Origin: Atractiella rhizophila
Taxonomy: Eukaryota
Reading direction: 5' to 3'
Length of the DNA: 64,000 bases
Assembly (NCBI GenBank): GCA_021432655.1
Contig: MU271199.1
Location: 1-64,000, forward strand
Part shown: one piece after another, positions 11,483-26,679 of the stretch
Layout of the letters: every line of letters starts with the position of its first letter
Position numbering within the stretch: the first letter of the stretch is position 1
Translations under genes and position numbers: made by a program
The notes under the pieces: generated by a model
The model's input: only the letters and a program-made list of their open reading frames with translations
The model's database searches: none
Told to the model about the DNA's origin: nothing

Positions 11483-13221
11483 ATGTGTAGAGTACGTCAA
11501 TCAGCTCGTATAGGCGCGATGAGATTGCAGCGTACGACGGGTTACGCTGCGGGTTATCCAAAAGCTGGACAGAGTGAAGACCCGATGAGCCCCTACAACC
11601 TTGCAAAACAGGAGCTGGTCACTTTTACTGAAGGCTGGCTGAAGAACAGCATTGAATTGTTGAAATTTGATGGGACGCCAGAAGACACAGACTTTTTGCA
11701 CTTCGTGGATCGGATGACAGGATGCTTGAAGGAGATGAGGGACTACACCTACAGCAGATCTGTTACTGTGGAGAATATGGATCACCGGTAAGTTCAATTG
11801 TCTGTTCTATTTGTGGTGGATCACAGGGACCAACCGTATAGGAACTTCCTTGATGCTTTGGAGGAGAAGTTGCTAGAATCTACCCTTGCACAAGAGGCGA
11901 CAAAGCAAGAGGCAGCTTGGAAATCTGCCGTTTCGTTCACCACCTCCTCTCCACCTTCTGGCTTGGAAGGGCTCCCGACTGAAATTCTCAGTTTAATTTT
12001 CGCTTTCGCAATCACAACCTGGGATGAATGGTCATACTCTTTGCTGACGCTTTCAAAGCGCCTGCATCCAATCGTGCGCATTAGCCTATTATCCATCATT
12101 CATGTTCACGCTTGGATGAGCAGGTTTTGCGAAACATCGTCACCTCTCCACCTCACTTGTACGACTGGAAGGACGCTTTTCGACTAATACGCGTACGAAA
12201 TCAATACCCGCGCCTTCCCATCCAGGCACTTAAGGTCACTACACCTCATACTTATAGTTATAACAACAACGGACAAATAACCGCTTCCGTCTCCTTCTCA
12301 CGCGCTGTCCTTTCCGTCGCTCCTACCCTCACTTCACTTCACTTGGGAGGACAACATAACTTCGCCATGGATGACTTAGCTCGGCTGAGAATTTTGGAAC
12401 GCTCTATCGGTACATTGACAAAGGTCAGGGAACTGACATTAGACTCGAACCATCTAAGAACTCTCGAGAAATACTTGGGGATGTTCCCCTCGCTCGTCTC
12501 GATCGAGGTGGATGGGCCGGCGACTTGGTTTAGCCTTTCCAACCAAAACGCAGTACATTATTCCTTCGTTAATACCGAAGCCCCTTTACCTCTCCAAATG
12601 GAAAAACAGCCTGCCTTCGTCTTTCCGAAGACGTTACAGCATCTCCGAACTGGTGCTAGTCGTGTCTCGCACTTCCCGACTTCCTTCCCTAACGCGACTC
12701 AGATTCTTGAATATATGTTAGAACAATCTTTACCGATGCCTCCACCGCAGACTCTACATCTCCACGTAGGAAGCAAGGGTGAAGATTTTCTAATTAAACT
12801 TTTGAACTCCATCTCTTCAACGATTGAAGAGCTCTACATCTCTGGCAGTTCGCTCCACCCTCCTCTCAGCAACGAGGCATATGACAAGCTCGTCATCTGT
12901 CAGCGCCTGAAAGCCATCGAGCTACAATCATTCTCTCTCCCACGTTGGACCTTAGGCATTCCCCCGTTGGCAGTTGGTGGATTTTTCGGCACACGAGCGG
13001 AGACCTTGACGCTGGCGGAATGCAGTGGGGAGGGAATCGACGCTGGACTATGGATCGAAACCCTGGGGGATTACGACGGCTATTTGAAGAGACTGAACGT
13101 TGACTTTTGGACTTACTCGAGCTTGAAAGATGGACCTAACTCTTGGAAATACATGCGGCCCAGGCTCGTAAAGGCTGCCAACCTGGCTGGGATTAAACCG
13201 GAGTTCAAGACAAAAAGATGA
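11483..13221 (+). CDS. F-box-like / leucine-rich solenoid protein (lineage-expanded type)
   Basis: LEGLPTEILSLIFAF F-box-like start, followed by LxxLxL repeats (LTSLHL, VRELTL, LQHLRT, IEELYI, LKAIEL). Three ORFs join through probable introns; start codon uncertain. Confidence 0.65.
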
Positions 13222-13596
13222 ACATTCAGCATATGTGCAAGGAGGTGGACATGAACGGTTTACGATTGTGAGGGTCGTACAAGGAACTGCAACTGTTGTA
13301 TCTTAGTTTGAAATATCTTGGAAAGTGTAAGGTAGCCAAAGGTGCAGAGAACTGGGGAATGCGACAGGTTGGTTGAAAAGATTGTAACGGACGGTCGGAA
13401 GAAACTGATAAAGCTTATCTCGACTGCAATCAATGACAATGCTGCGGATACAATAAACATTGTTTTCATGCACGTTCTCGCGCTTCCGACTCTACCCCTA
13501 ACTTTGCAGACGCATTATTTAAGCACCAACTTCTCGAAATCCAAACCTTGCGAAGATCATTTTGAGAGGTAGAAAAGAGGCTGGAAGAGCGAGAAG

Positions 13597-15635
13597 ATGG
13601 AGTCCAAAATCTCAACGAGACTCAAAAACGCCATCAAGAAGAACGCCTCCTCTCTTTCTCGTGCTAGTTCCATCAGCTTGAACCCAAACACAAGCAGCAA
13701 CAACATTTCCCCAAATCCCAGTTCTGCTTCACCCAATCCTGCCCTTGCCTCACCCAATCCCAGGCATGTCTCTCCCAATCCTAACGCCACTAATGGCACC
13801 ACTCTGGCAATCCCTCCCGGAAAAGGCAGAACCTCTAGATCCGGCTCTGCACCGAAGATGGAGCGGCCAAAAGGTGCAATAGAGGATAAGTTTCCCATGT
13901 ACTCGTGCGTTATCTCTCTTCATACACTTCAGAGAACATTAATGCAGAGGGGATAGATGCGTCCCGTCACATTACAAGCTCCACGAACCAATCGGGTTCG
14001 GCGCTTCTTCCACTGTCTTTAGGGCCACGTTCTGGCCGCTGGTGGAAGGATGGAAAGAAGGGATGGGAGAGGAGAAAGAGAGGGAGATGATTTCGGGGTT
14101 TACGGAGGGTGAAAGGAGCTATTGTGCTGTCAAGGTATGCAGTTCTCCTTCCCCTTCCGTTCCCGTTCACCTTGTTTCTCATCTGCAGTTCGAGTTCCGA
14201 GTGCTGACGAGCTCGTGAATAGGTGATCGACATCGACCGCATCGGATGCGGGTGGGAGGGAGTAGATCGTCTCCGTCGGTGCGTCCCCTCTTACCGCTCT
14301 CTTTCAACCTGCTGACTGATTGATATCACGGGAACTGTTGAAGGGAAACGCAGTTGATGTCTCTCTCTAAACACCCCAACCTGCTCCGTGTGCGAGGTGA
14401 ATGGGTCCTCGGCTCCAAGCTTTACATCGCTACCCGCCTAATGAGGAAAGGTTCCATCTTGGACATAATGCGCCATTCCCATCCTTCCGGTTTTCCGGAA
14501 CCCATCATCGCTACCATCATGAAGCAGTGTCTGGAGGGATTAGCTTACTTGCATACTAATGGATGGCTGCATCGGGACATCAAGGCGGGTAATCTCTTGG
14601 TTGATCATGATGGTCCGCTATGCCTTTCTTCCTCCTCGCACTGCTCACAATGTGCCTCCGTCAGGGACCGTGCTGCTCGCGGATTTTGGGGTATCATCCT
14701 CTGTGCTCCACTACTCCGATCACAAGCAGAAGAAGATGCAGAAAGGCAGGAAGAGCTTTGTCGGAACGCCTTGTTATATGGCTCCAGAGGTGGTGTTGGG
14801 AAGAGAATATGACTACAAGGGTGCTCCTCCTCCAGAATGCTTTCCAAATTCATTGCTAAATGGGTGTATAGCTGATATATACTCCTACGGTATCACGCTC
14901 CTCGAGCTATCCCTCGGTCGTGCTCCTTCTTCCCTATTTTCTCCGGACAAAGTCCTGCTCAAGACGATACACGAGGATTCTCCGACTCTCGAACGTGAAC
15001 CAGAAGGTGTATCGTGGACGTATTCCCGTTCGATGAAAGAGATGGTCGACCTCTGTCTACAAAAGAACCCCAGCAAACGACCAACGGCTGCCACCCTGCT
15101 CGCTCATCCCTTCTTCCGCAGCGCAAGAAAGGAATCCTACCTCGTCTCAGAGATCCTCAAGGATCTTCCACCGTTAGAGAAGACGCTACAGAGGAGAAAG
15201 AAGCCGAGCACTCAGACCTTAACCCATCATAAACACCTGTCTTGGGACTTCCATTCGGTCCATTCATCATCTCCAGGTCCCGGCGGACATGGACATCATG
15301 AGGACGAGGATCCGTTTGAACACTTTGCAGGTGTGGGACCTGCAAGTAGGAGGAGTAGGGACCCGTCCCATCATGACCGGAGCGTAAGCTTTGATTTTGG
15401 GAGCGGCAGCCTCAGCAGGAGGAGTAGGAGTAGGAGCCGGGAGGCGGGAGGGGCAAAGAGACACGTCTCGGATTTGTTTAGGGAGGAGAACATGAAGGAG
15501 GAAGAAGGGAAGGAGAGTGAGAGCAGTGAGAGTGCTGAAGGAGAGAGTTCTGGATTTGAAGGACGAAAGGCAGCAAGCACCACGTCCGAAGAGAGCGCGG
15601 AAAGGAATGGAGACAAGGAGGAAGCCAAATCGTGA
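13597..15635 (+). CDS. STE20-family Ser/Thr kinase, OSR1/SPAK/Fray (GCK-VI)-like
   Basis: Spliced IGFGASSTV, CAVK, ETQLMSLSKHPNLLRVRGEW, LHRDIKAGNLL, LLADFGVS, RKSFVGTPCYMAPEV, ADIYSYGIT, C-terminal SWDF. Confidence 0.9.
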
Positions 15636-16181
15636 CGCACAATCCCCTGTCGGCATTTATGCATGGAAGGAAGTGTCAAGCACAATGTCCGCCTCTTCCT
15701 ATATTCTTTTCAATCGATGGTTTTTTCTTCTAGTCCATAGCTTGCTTTTAGGTGTTTGACACCTGTTCTTGGAGCAGACAGCTGCTCAAGGCAGTGTCAT
15801 GCCTGATTTCGTGTCAACAAGGATATACTGCTTGTATGTATATATCATTTTCTGTCTTTTCATTCTTCTCATCTACTCAAGAGAGTCTACTCTTCAAATG
15901 GCTGTCATTCTGATTCAAACCAATAAGTTCCACAAATGTACACTCCTGCAATTCCATCTCTGCTTTGTACGACTAGTTCATCTGATCTAGATAGATACCT
16001 ACCTAATTTAGTGCTTTTGCTAGTTATTCTTACCTCTGGGTAACAGCTTAACTCTACCAGGATGTCGTTCTTCCTCTGGATTTCGTTTGAGATTTCTAGC
16101 GCGGGAAGCTGTTCTCAATATCGAACATTGCACCGTGTTCTATGCACGACACTCTAGTCCCATCCTGTGTATAAATACAAT

Positions 16182-17680
<1,499 letters not shown>

Positions 17681-20099
17681 TTGTAGGAATGGAGTTGGAT
17701 TGATAGGAATTTGTGAAGGGGGAAAAGTTGTGCAAAGCAAAGACCCATCGAACGAGTATATATACCCAAGGCAAATAGGCGGGAGCACTCATCTTGGCTC
17801 TGTTTCGTTCACTTGTATGACGCAGAATGATCAGCTCAGACTCCACAGAGCTCCACCTATGAGCAAAATGCAAAATTAACATTATTAACGCTGACAAGTA
17901 CCACTCATTCTGCAATCGACTCTTCCCAGGATCCTAGGGAGCTGACTAATAGCTTTTCTCTCTTTCACCTCTTTCTTCCATCCATCGATGTTTTCGGCTG
18001 CCCTACAGTATCAACGCGGGCCGCGCCGTATTGTTGTCGTCACTATGAGTGAGTGGTATTTTTACTGCCTCTCGGGTCTGGTTTAATGGTTGACGTTGCC
18101 AGTGAGGTGCCGTGGATCACCGCACTCTGAAACAGTATACACATATTGAGTTTTTTTGCCTCGTCATGAGTTTGTTCTTTCACTAGCCACCATCGAAACC
18201 ACTTGCCTCGAAAGACGAAATGTGCCAGCGGCTCAGAGATTCGATGGAGATAGTACCATTGGCAAGAAAAGATCTGCAAAAAGCATCTCAAGAACCCATT
18301 CCCCTTATTTGGATAGTCAGATCGGTCCAATCCCATCTGCATCCGCGGTTCTGAGACAACTTGCAGTAACATTGAGAAAGGTAGAATTTAAAAAGGCAGC
18401 AAGAGAAGGTTGCTGAGCGAAAGGAACGAGCACGACGGATGATGACATGGGTCAGCAGATGTTCTCTCTTGACGATGCATCCGAGGAGATGAACTCCCTC
18501 GCGTCCAAATCCTCCGAGTCTAGTTGTCAAGAGGACGTGCTTCTTCAATTTCGTACTCAGCACTCTGAGTATGACGGAAGGTCATTGACACGGGGGGGTG
18601 CCCACTCATTTTCTTGCATAACTTAATAATACGAAAATGCACCTTTCCTAGCATTCACTCGGACTTGGCTAGCATCGTGCTGACGGAAGAGCCACTGGTG
18701 TAAACACAAAGAACCCGTCCTTGAAGTTGTTGACTTCTCGGACCTTTCAGCTTACAGACAACGTTTAGGATAACGTATTCCAAGTTTGAACATGTCGTTG
18801 TCGATCGACATGTCAGGCGAGCCCAAAACATCCCTTCTTTCCTTCTATCTCGAGCACTCGGAGAGCTGCGAGATCCCATGGTCGCAAACCCCAAGTCGCA
18901 ATTTTCAAACCGGACGAGCTATGCCCTGCGCTCCTCGAGCGGCCGCGTTAGGTACGCTCCTGAGATCGTTTCATGAACTCCACGAGCAGGCATCGCGCAG
19001 TCCAACAGGCCATGGCAGTTGGAAAGATTATGAAATAGGTATATATTGTACCTCGGCTTTTGGTTGGATGGATGCAAACCAAAACAAGGGAGAATGCTGA
19101 ACAATGGCGACGTGTCGAGCACGCGACAAGTTTCCGACGCTAATTAAGGCTTTTCTTGACATCGAGACTCCACGTGGCGAGCGTCAGCGTCTGAACTTTG
19201 TTTCCGCCCCTTTCCAGTTCGCGTCGCTTCGTCGCTGTCCAGGGCCAGTCTTCCACCAGCATCCAGCCAGAAGGTCGCCGATCGACGGAGCTCAAATCAG
19301 GCCAAACGCAGTAGTGGCGCATTTTCTAGAAGGTCAGGTTGGAAAGCGGAAGGGCAGCTCGAAGATTAAGGACGAAAGGCGGACGCTTCTACGATCTCGT
19401 GCCGATTTTCGGAACTCAAAAGAACCTTCACCTTCGCGCATCTCCTCTAGAGACCGCCACTTTCCACCAACCTCCCAACAAAATCCCAAAATCTTCTCGC
19501 TCATTCGGCCTCCCAAAAACACGCTACAGCAGTCGATATCTGGGAAGCACACTTTGTTTGGACGGAATACCACCAATTATCGTTTCAAGAAAGTTGGACG
19601 GATCGAAATACTGTGATCACTCAAACACAGACACCGTTGTCGTGGTTCCATCACTTTTACCTTGGACAGACATCGTCGTGAGTTCTTTGTCCTCGTCTCA
19701 CTTTTCCAGCGTGCTAACTGCGCTTCATCACCGTGCAGTAGAAGGAAAAGGTCGGTTGAACTGGTAATCAGAAGTTGGTAACGCTGACTTGTGTCGCAAT
19801 ACTTGCTCTTAAGCCTCAACCCATCGACGGCTTCCTTCCTCCTATAACCTACAATTCTCTATCCGAACACCTTTTTTACCTGCGACGGTCATTGTGGTGG
19901 AAATCGGAACTAGGGCAAGTCGCATTCTGAGGGGAAATAATTCTTAGCAAACTATACTATTGGTGAGCCCGCCTTCTATTGTGTTTGGTGGGTACACCGC
20001 GATTTGGAGCGATACATTTGTCGTTCTCCCTTAACAGACGTTGTCTGATCATCTTGTCGCCCCACTCGTAGATTTAGTCGCTTCACATAATCAATCATC

Positions 20100-22162
20100 A
20101 TGGCCCAAAGAGCAAACGCACGAGCTGGCCAACAGCAAAGCAGCCATATGCTCAAGACCGGCAAACGTGGAAGTCCTTTCATGAAGGTGCGCCTTTCCAT
20201 CATTATTGCAATGATTAAGTGTCTGTATTGATTTGAAATGATGACATGAAGGATACCCACGATCTCTTCGCTACTCTCATCGTCTCCCTTCCCTTAGCCA
20301 CTAATCAGCGCTTCTTCCGGTCGTATCATCACACCTTCACTACAGACGATGCGGCTGCTAACCTCGCTCAACTTCGTTTTTCACAATCGAATCGGACTCA
20401 GGATCCAGCCGATCCTAACCGAATCATCACCACCACGACCACCACGACATTCTCGATGACGAGGGATATTGCGAAGGGAATTTGCCAGCATTTCATGGAT
20501 GCCCACTTGATCGCGAACGCAATCGACATAGATTCGAATTCGTTCAAAGATCGTGGTATCTACAAGATCACTCCTAAGGGTATGCACATTCTCGAGCGCT
20601 TCATCACCAAGAACGGGATCGCTGGAGACCATCTCATCGAAGTCTTCAAAGCCGTTCCCATCTCTCTCAAACTCTTACATCTCGAAAGGATGCCTCTGGA
20701 CGACGAGATCAACATTTCGAGGAAGGTGGTGGATTTGATTTGGAGGCGGTTGGCGGGAGAGAGGAAGCCGAACTATTTCATCGACCCTGCTGAATGCGCG
20801 AAGGGTCGAGAAGGCACGTACGAGATTTTGGAGGGGAAGCCGAGGCCGTCGGAGAGTTTTGACCGTGGTCAAGGAGTGGAAGTGCAGGACATTTTGGAAC
20901 GGTCTAGGAGTGGAGCGCCGAATGTCGTGAAATACGTCTTCCATTCTTATTCCGCGATCGACTATCTCCTCGACTACGCCACCATCTCTTGCCGAGAAGA
21001 AGCCGCAGAAGTCCTCGCCCATTGCGTCCGATATGGATACATAGCCCTCTATTCTGATAGGACGAAGACGGGAGACAAATATCATATCGCTCACGGCCCT
21101 GCACCGGCTGGAGAGCCAGCAGCGGCTTCGCTCCACACAGGAGATTATCGATATGGGCCAAAGATCTGTTATCGGATGACAGAGGAGGGGAGGAAGCTGA
21201 CTGCTTGGGAGCCTCCGCATGGAACTGGCGCAGCGATATTGTTGAGGAAGGTGAGAGACACTGAGAAGGTTTCGTCGGATGGAAGCAATGGACATGACGA
21301 TGACGCTTCATCTACGAAATCTGGGATAGAGAAACGAATTAACCCTTCCACCGCGGTTCTTGGTTCAAACGCCTCGGTTGCAGACCTCTTCCGTCTGGAT
21401 CTGGATGAGACTTCGAATTCGGCGGCGTGGAATAAAGACGGTTCTTCTTCCTACACTCGCTTGCAAGCTATACTGGGCGATCATCAACTCAAACTGTTAT
21501 TCCGTGACTACCTGAAAGCTGGCTTCTGTGACGAGAATCTTTCCTTCTGGTTAGACGTGAACGAGTTCCGACAGAAGTTCAGGACCACTTCTTCGGCTAT
21601 CTCTACAAACCCCGTGGCGAGAAAGAGAGGGAACGAGAAGGCACAATCTGCGGTTTCGAACGCGATGGAGCTTCACTCGCAATCCATCGTCGCGTCAGCA
21701 TTAATGATTTACAACACTTACCTCGCTCCTTTCTCACCGTCCGAGTTGAACATCGACCATTCCCTGCGGAAGGAAGTCGTGGAATACATGACTTCAACTG
21801 TCAATTCGACCCCTGCACCGTCTGGTAAACCCGCCATCAACCCTACTCCGTCTTCGATGAACTCTGGTCCTTTGCCTGCTCCAGTCTTAGAACCCGAGGA
21901 CCTTCCACCTCTCAAGGCTAGTCAAATTCAGACGCTTTTGAAAATGTACGAGAGGATCCAGGACCACGTTTTTCGCTTGCTCGCAACGGATCAAGTACCC
22001 AAGGCACGTTTCTTCATCATTACTTTTCTCATAATAGTACTGATCGGCGCTTGGGAATAGTTCATCCGCACACCGAAATTTATGGAGCTTATTGACGTGC
22101 GGTCAGACGAAGAGTCGAGGCGGAGGGGAAGCCCTCGCAACGATGAGAAGCCAAAATCATAG
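20100..22162 (+). CDS. Regulator of G-protein signalling with DEP domains (FlbA/Sst2/Crg1-like)
   Basis: HMLKTGKRGSPFMK|DTHDLFATL, FSQSNRTQDPADPNRIITTTTTTTFSM (FlbA signature), RGS domain LFRDYLKAGFCDENLSFWLDV...IYNTYLAPFSPSELNIDH...LLATDQVPK|FIRTPKF. Confidence 0.92.
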
Positions 22163-22831
22163 ACTTCCTCTTGCCGAGCGCCAACTGCTCTCGTCCTCTA
22201 CTACTTCATAATACCTTCCTTCTCGCATCCGCACGCACTCACTCGCCGCTCGCATCGGATTGGCTTTTCTTTCTCCTTTCCTCCTATATTCCCATCTAAC
22301 AATGGCTGTATTACTACCAAAATGTCATCCACTCGTCCCCTCTCCTTACGGATTTCGTCGTTGTTTTCTCTACTTTTTCTTTGCCAAAGAATACGAAGTA
22401 AAGACTTGCTAGTAATGAACTTTAGACTCCCCTTTGTAATCCTTTATCACGTCCAAAAACCTTTTCAGTACATACAGTCAATACAGCGTGTTTGACATTC
22501 TTCAATATTCAAACTTCTTTCTTTGAGTGCATTCTAGTACCCGACGTTCCAGCTCACTGACTCTTGGGTGTACTTTCAATTGATCGTTTGGGTTCGGTTC
22601 TGAGCAATTCCTTTCCTCTTCCTTTCCTTTATACTTCCAGCCCTCCCGAATCACATGCAAATGCACCTGAAATGATAGGCATTCAACATCAGTTAACTTG
22701 CATCTGTCCAAATCTCAACAAGACAACAGAGAGGATATCATTGAGTTTACAATTCCACATATTTACATCATTCGCGAACATTGTGATCCATCGATACAGA
22801 TTGTGGTCGTCCAATGCCAATGGCAGAGTGA

Positions 22832-23724
22832 TTATTGAAGATTGGAAGGAAGAGGGGGGACAGGTGGGATTGTCTTCCCATGTTTCCCATTCACGCCGTT
22901 CACCTTCTTAGGCGGCTTCGTCTCATCTGGATCCTCGTCCTGTTCATCCATCTCCGCATCGTCATCTTCTTCATCTTCCTCCTCATCCATAAGCTGAGAA
23001 GCTCTCCTCATCGCCTCCGCTTCGTTCTTGTAATGCGAACCCCTCATTCGGGCAAACTTCTTGCGCTTCTCTTTGGCTGTACCAGATCATATCATCTCAG
23101 AACAAAACCGCCCTTTGTACTCTAATGTGAAAGTGACGCACTCTCTTCATCCTCCAACTCACTCCCTGATTCATCTCCTGCACCAAATTCCCGAGGAATC
23201 TCAACGTGTACCATCTTCTCTCCGCCCGTTCCTGAAGAACGCCTGGAGGAGGAAGGAGATGGACCGCCTGCTTCGGAGGCGGAGGAATGGGAATGGTAGG
23301 GTTCAGATTGATCGAGTTCAAAGCCTGGAATTTCTGTACCAACAACACAAACAATCAGTTCGTATCAGGGTATGAATGGAAAAAAAACATACTGTCCATA
23401 TTCTCTACTGTGTCGGTCTCTGGATTGTATCGCACATAAGGTGTCTTCGGTTCAGTGATCTTCATCCTTTCCGTTCTCTGCGCTTCGTTCTCCTCGATAT
23501 TCTGCTCGTCCCACTGCAGTGTAGTCCTTTACCCATACGCTCCAACTATCAGCACAAAGGAATGCTCTAAGCAGGAGAACAATGGTTACTCACGGGCGAT
23601 GGCCATCGCTACTTGGATTCTTTAGAATCCCCTTCGGTCTTCCACCACTGATTGAATGACCTCTTTCCGCTCTCGCCACTGGAAGCTGCTCTGGAGATTC
23701 CGCTCGATTGTCTGTTTTGTCCAT
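22832..23724 (-). CDS. Protein phosphatase 1 inhibitor-2 (IPP-2/Glc8-like)
   Basis: Exon 1 has the RPKGILKN (SILK) motif; then LQWDEQNIEE, MKITEPKTPYVRY (TP site), KFARMRGSHYKNE and an acidic tail. Confidence 0.9.
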
Positions 23725-24247
23725 AATTATCGCTTTGGTCGCTTCTTCGAGGGTTGTTGATGGTGAACGATGATGATGTTAGGACCTTCACTCGACGCGA
23801 TCGACCAATTGATATTATCAGCGACATTATGGCTCGGTATACCTTTGGGAGGGAAGTCTTCGAGCCTCCTATCAAGTTAGAAGGATGGGGGTTGTCTTCA
23901 ACAAAGGAATGCTCTAAGCAGGAGAACAATGGTTACTCACGGGCGATGGCCATCGCTACTTGGATTCTTTAGAATCCCCTTCGGTCTTCCACCACTGATT
24001 GAATGACCTCTTTCCGCTCTCGCCACTGGAAGCTGCTCTGGAGATTCCGCTCGATTGTCTGTTTTGTCCATAACTATCGCTTTGGTCACTTCTTCTAGGG
24101 TTGTTGATGGTGAACGATGATGATGTTAGGACCTTCACTCGACGCGATCGACCAATTGATATTATCAGCGACATTATGGCTCGGTATACCTTTGGGAGGG
24201 AAGTCTTCGAGCCTCCTATCAAGTTAGAAGGATGGGGATTGTCGTCG
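23554..24247. repeat. direct tandem duplication, 2 x 347 bp (23554-23900; 23901-24247), ~6 substitutions
   Basis: Base-by-base comparison; both copies start ACAAAGGAATGCTCTAAGCAGG. The ORF track shows twin ORFs offset by 347. Confidence 0.97.
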
Positions 24248-26070
24248 CTTAGCCCGCAAGAACAATACTTCACGTGGTTGTACAAGGTGATGCTCCTTCA
24301 GTCCATGGATCACGGTAGATGCTGAAGAGCGTTGGGACGTTAGAAATCATCTGACAGGTTTCATTCCTACATATCCTCTCTCATTGCTGCATTTCCACCT
24401 CCTGGAACCTGCTTTGAGGACGAGAATGACACCACGAACGCGCCGTCGAATAGCTTACACAACCGACTGCTTTCAGTCCCACAAGAGCTCAGAGACCTCA
24501 TCCTCACGCTTCCCAAACTCGATAGAAAATACCGCTCGATTCTTCAGAGTGCCATTTCGTCCAACTCTACAACAAACGAGGACGAGCTTTCGACTTTGGA
24601 GTTGGAATATGCGAATGAAGGGATGAAGTTAATGCTCGAGGGTGGTAAATCGAAAGGAAAAGGGAAGAAGAGAGAAGAGAGCTGGGTCGGAACCTCTTCT
24701 GGTGGTGATAAGGGGATGCGTGAATGGATCCGCGACCTTGAGCTTAGAGAGTACGTTTTCCTCAGTATGGTAATCCAACGTAGGTTCAAGGCGTGCAGGT
24801 GTTTGCTTCAAACTATCATCCTCCTCCTAGCTCTTTCATTTGTCAAAGACTGTGTCCCACCTGTTCCCTCTGTTCCTACCGAAGTGAAAACAGGGAGGAA
24901 GGGGAAGAAGAAGGGAAAGGGGCGGAGTGACCTTGACCAGTCAGAGCTGGACGTAGAACTAGAACTGGAGGCAGTGACGGATCGTCTTGCAATTTGGCAG
25001 GTGCGTTCCCCCTAAACATTTCTTCAGCGCTTTTAAAATGACGTAAGGCTATTCAGGTAACAAACAATTTGGAAGACCTGGTTGACAAACGAGCCCCAGA
25101 TTCGGTCGTTGGCTTAGACGTCGTTCAAAAATTCTGGCTATACGATATCGAGCCTGCCTTTTCCGCAATCCTGCCTGTTCACCTCCCCGTCTACAGGCAC
25201 AAGCTCTTTCCCTCCCCGTTGCATATCCCTGCACCTTCCATAACCTCTCACTCGGCTGCTGCTTCTACCTCCCTTCTCGAACCTCAACTGCATCACATTC
25301 CCGCTGGTGCATGGCCATCTCCCAGTCCTATCAAGGTCAGGTCGATGATGAGTCTGGAGAAGAGTAGGCAGCGAAAGGAGGCGGCCATGATCGAGCGAGA
25401 AAGGGAGGAAAAGGTCGCGGAGAGTCCGACCCTGAAAGGGCTGGTAGATCGTGATCGTCCCACCGCTGCAGTGGGAGGTGGAGTAGGATTGGGACTGAAG
25501 AGGAAACGAGCTACCCAAGTCGTACAGCAGCAGCCTAATAAAAGGAGAGAAGTGGTCTTCTTTGGTGGAGCGACGACAAATGTTGCAGGTGGAGCTGGGA
25601 AGAAGAAAGATGAGAAGAGTCAAAAGGAAGGAGCATCGTCTTCGAACTCCCAGTTCACGTCGTTCAAAGCATTAACGAAATTGGCTCTGCTCGAGGGTGA
25701 AAAGAAGGAGCGCACGAAATCTGAACAAGGGAAATCTTTGCAATCATCGCAGTCTCTTACTCGTTCCTTGTCTCAGTCTCAACCTCAAACCCAATCACCG
25801 CCTCAATCACAACAGAAGCAGCCTGAAAAGACGCCACGAAGGTTCGCAAGGAGCAGGAGCGCGTTTGTCGGACCGAGCGTCAATATGTCTGACGGAGGAA
25901 GAGGGGAGGGACTGTTTGGGCCCCGTAGTGCACGAAGTGGAGGTGCATCCCCTTCTGTAGACGAAGAACAGGCTTCCGATGACGAATTATCACTCGTTCC
26001 GGTTCCCCCTTCCATTCCGCAATCGCAGCGTGCGAAGACTGTTTTGCTCGTCCCGGAGACGCCTTCGTAG
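24176..26070 (+). CDS. SLD3: DNA replication regulator Sld3-like protein
   Basis: EWIRDLELRE|CLLQTIILLLAL...LEAVTDRLAIWQ...VQKFWLYDIEPAFSAILP...HKLF resembles the Sld3 Cdc45-binding domain; C-terminal VPETP CDK-type site; ACGCGA MCB-like box upstream. Confidence 0.7.
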
Positions 26071-26679
26071 GAAGTGCACCACCTTGTTGTTCTCCCAGCA
26101 TACACAATCGACCCGTCTTCCCGCCTCCACGCTCGGTCAACACCCCCAGATCCTAACGTACTTCTCACAGATTCAACGAATCAAACCACTATGTCGTGAA
26201 TCTTCGCTCAAGAACCTCAGTTCACAATCCAGTTTCTACTTTTGTGCATGACACATGGCGTGACGGGGCAGCCACGATAGGGCTTTACAAGAGGGAGGAA
26301 ATGTGAGGGAAGTGCGTTGACTTGTTAGTTTGCGAAAAACAAGTGCGTTGTTCAAGCCCAATTTGTCGAGAGTATGGCAGGGAATGGACGTTGCATGTTC
26401 AAGCGTGTAACCAAATGAAAGGCAGCGTTACATCGAATAAGTAACAGTATGCAGATGCAGGATACTGGAGAACCAGTGCTTGCCCCGCTCGCACGCCGCA
26501 AGAACCTCAATGCCTTTCTCCCACTTGCTCCGCTTGACACATTTTCCCTCCGCAAGAGTTCCTCCTTCTGTCCCCGCATGACTATCTCTCGCTACGCGTC
26601 TCGTGTGAGCATAAAAGCTACCACCTATCCAGCCTGAAGCGTTTGTAACGTCAGCAGAGGTGAAGCAGACAAGCGCATC

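Noticed and set aside
12074..12123. Apparent frameshift in the F-box-like gene
   Set aside because: A 50-nt GTGCGC...CAG intron explains the frame change.
18000..19900. Several 60-170 aa ORFs between OYE and RGS
   Set aside because: No motifs or consistent splice model. Most likely divergent promoters/5'UTR, though a relic near 18650-18950 cannot be excluded.
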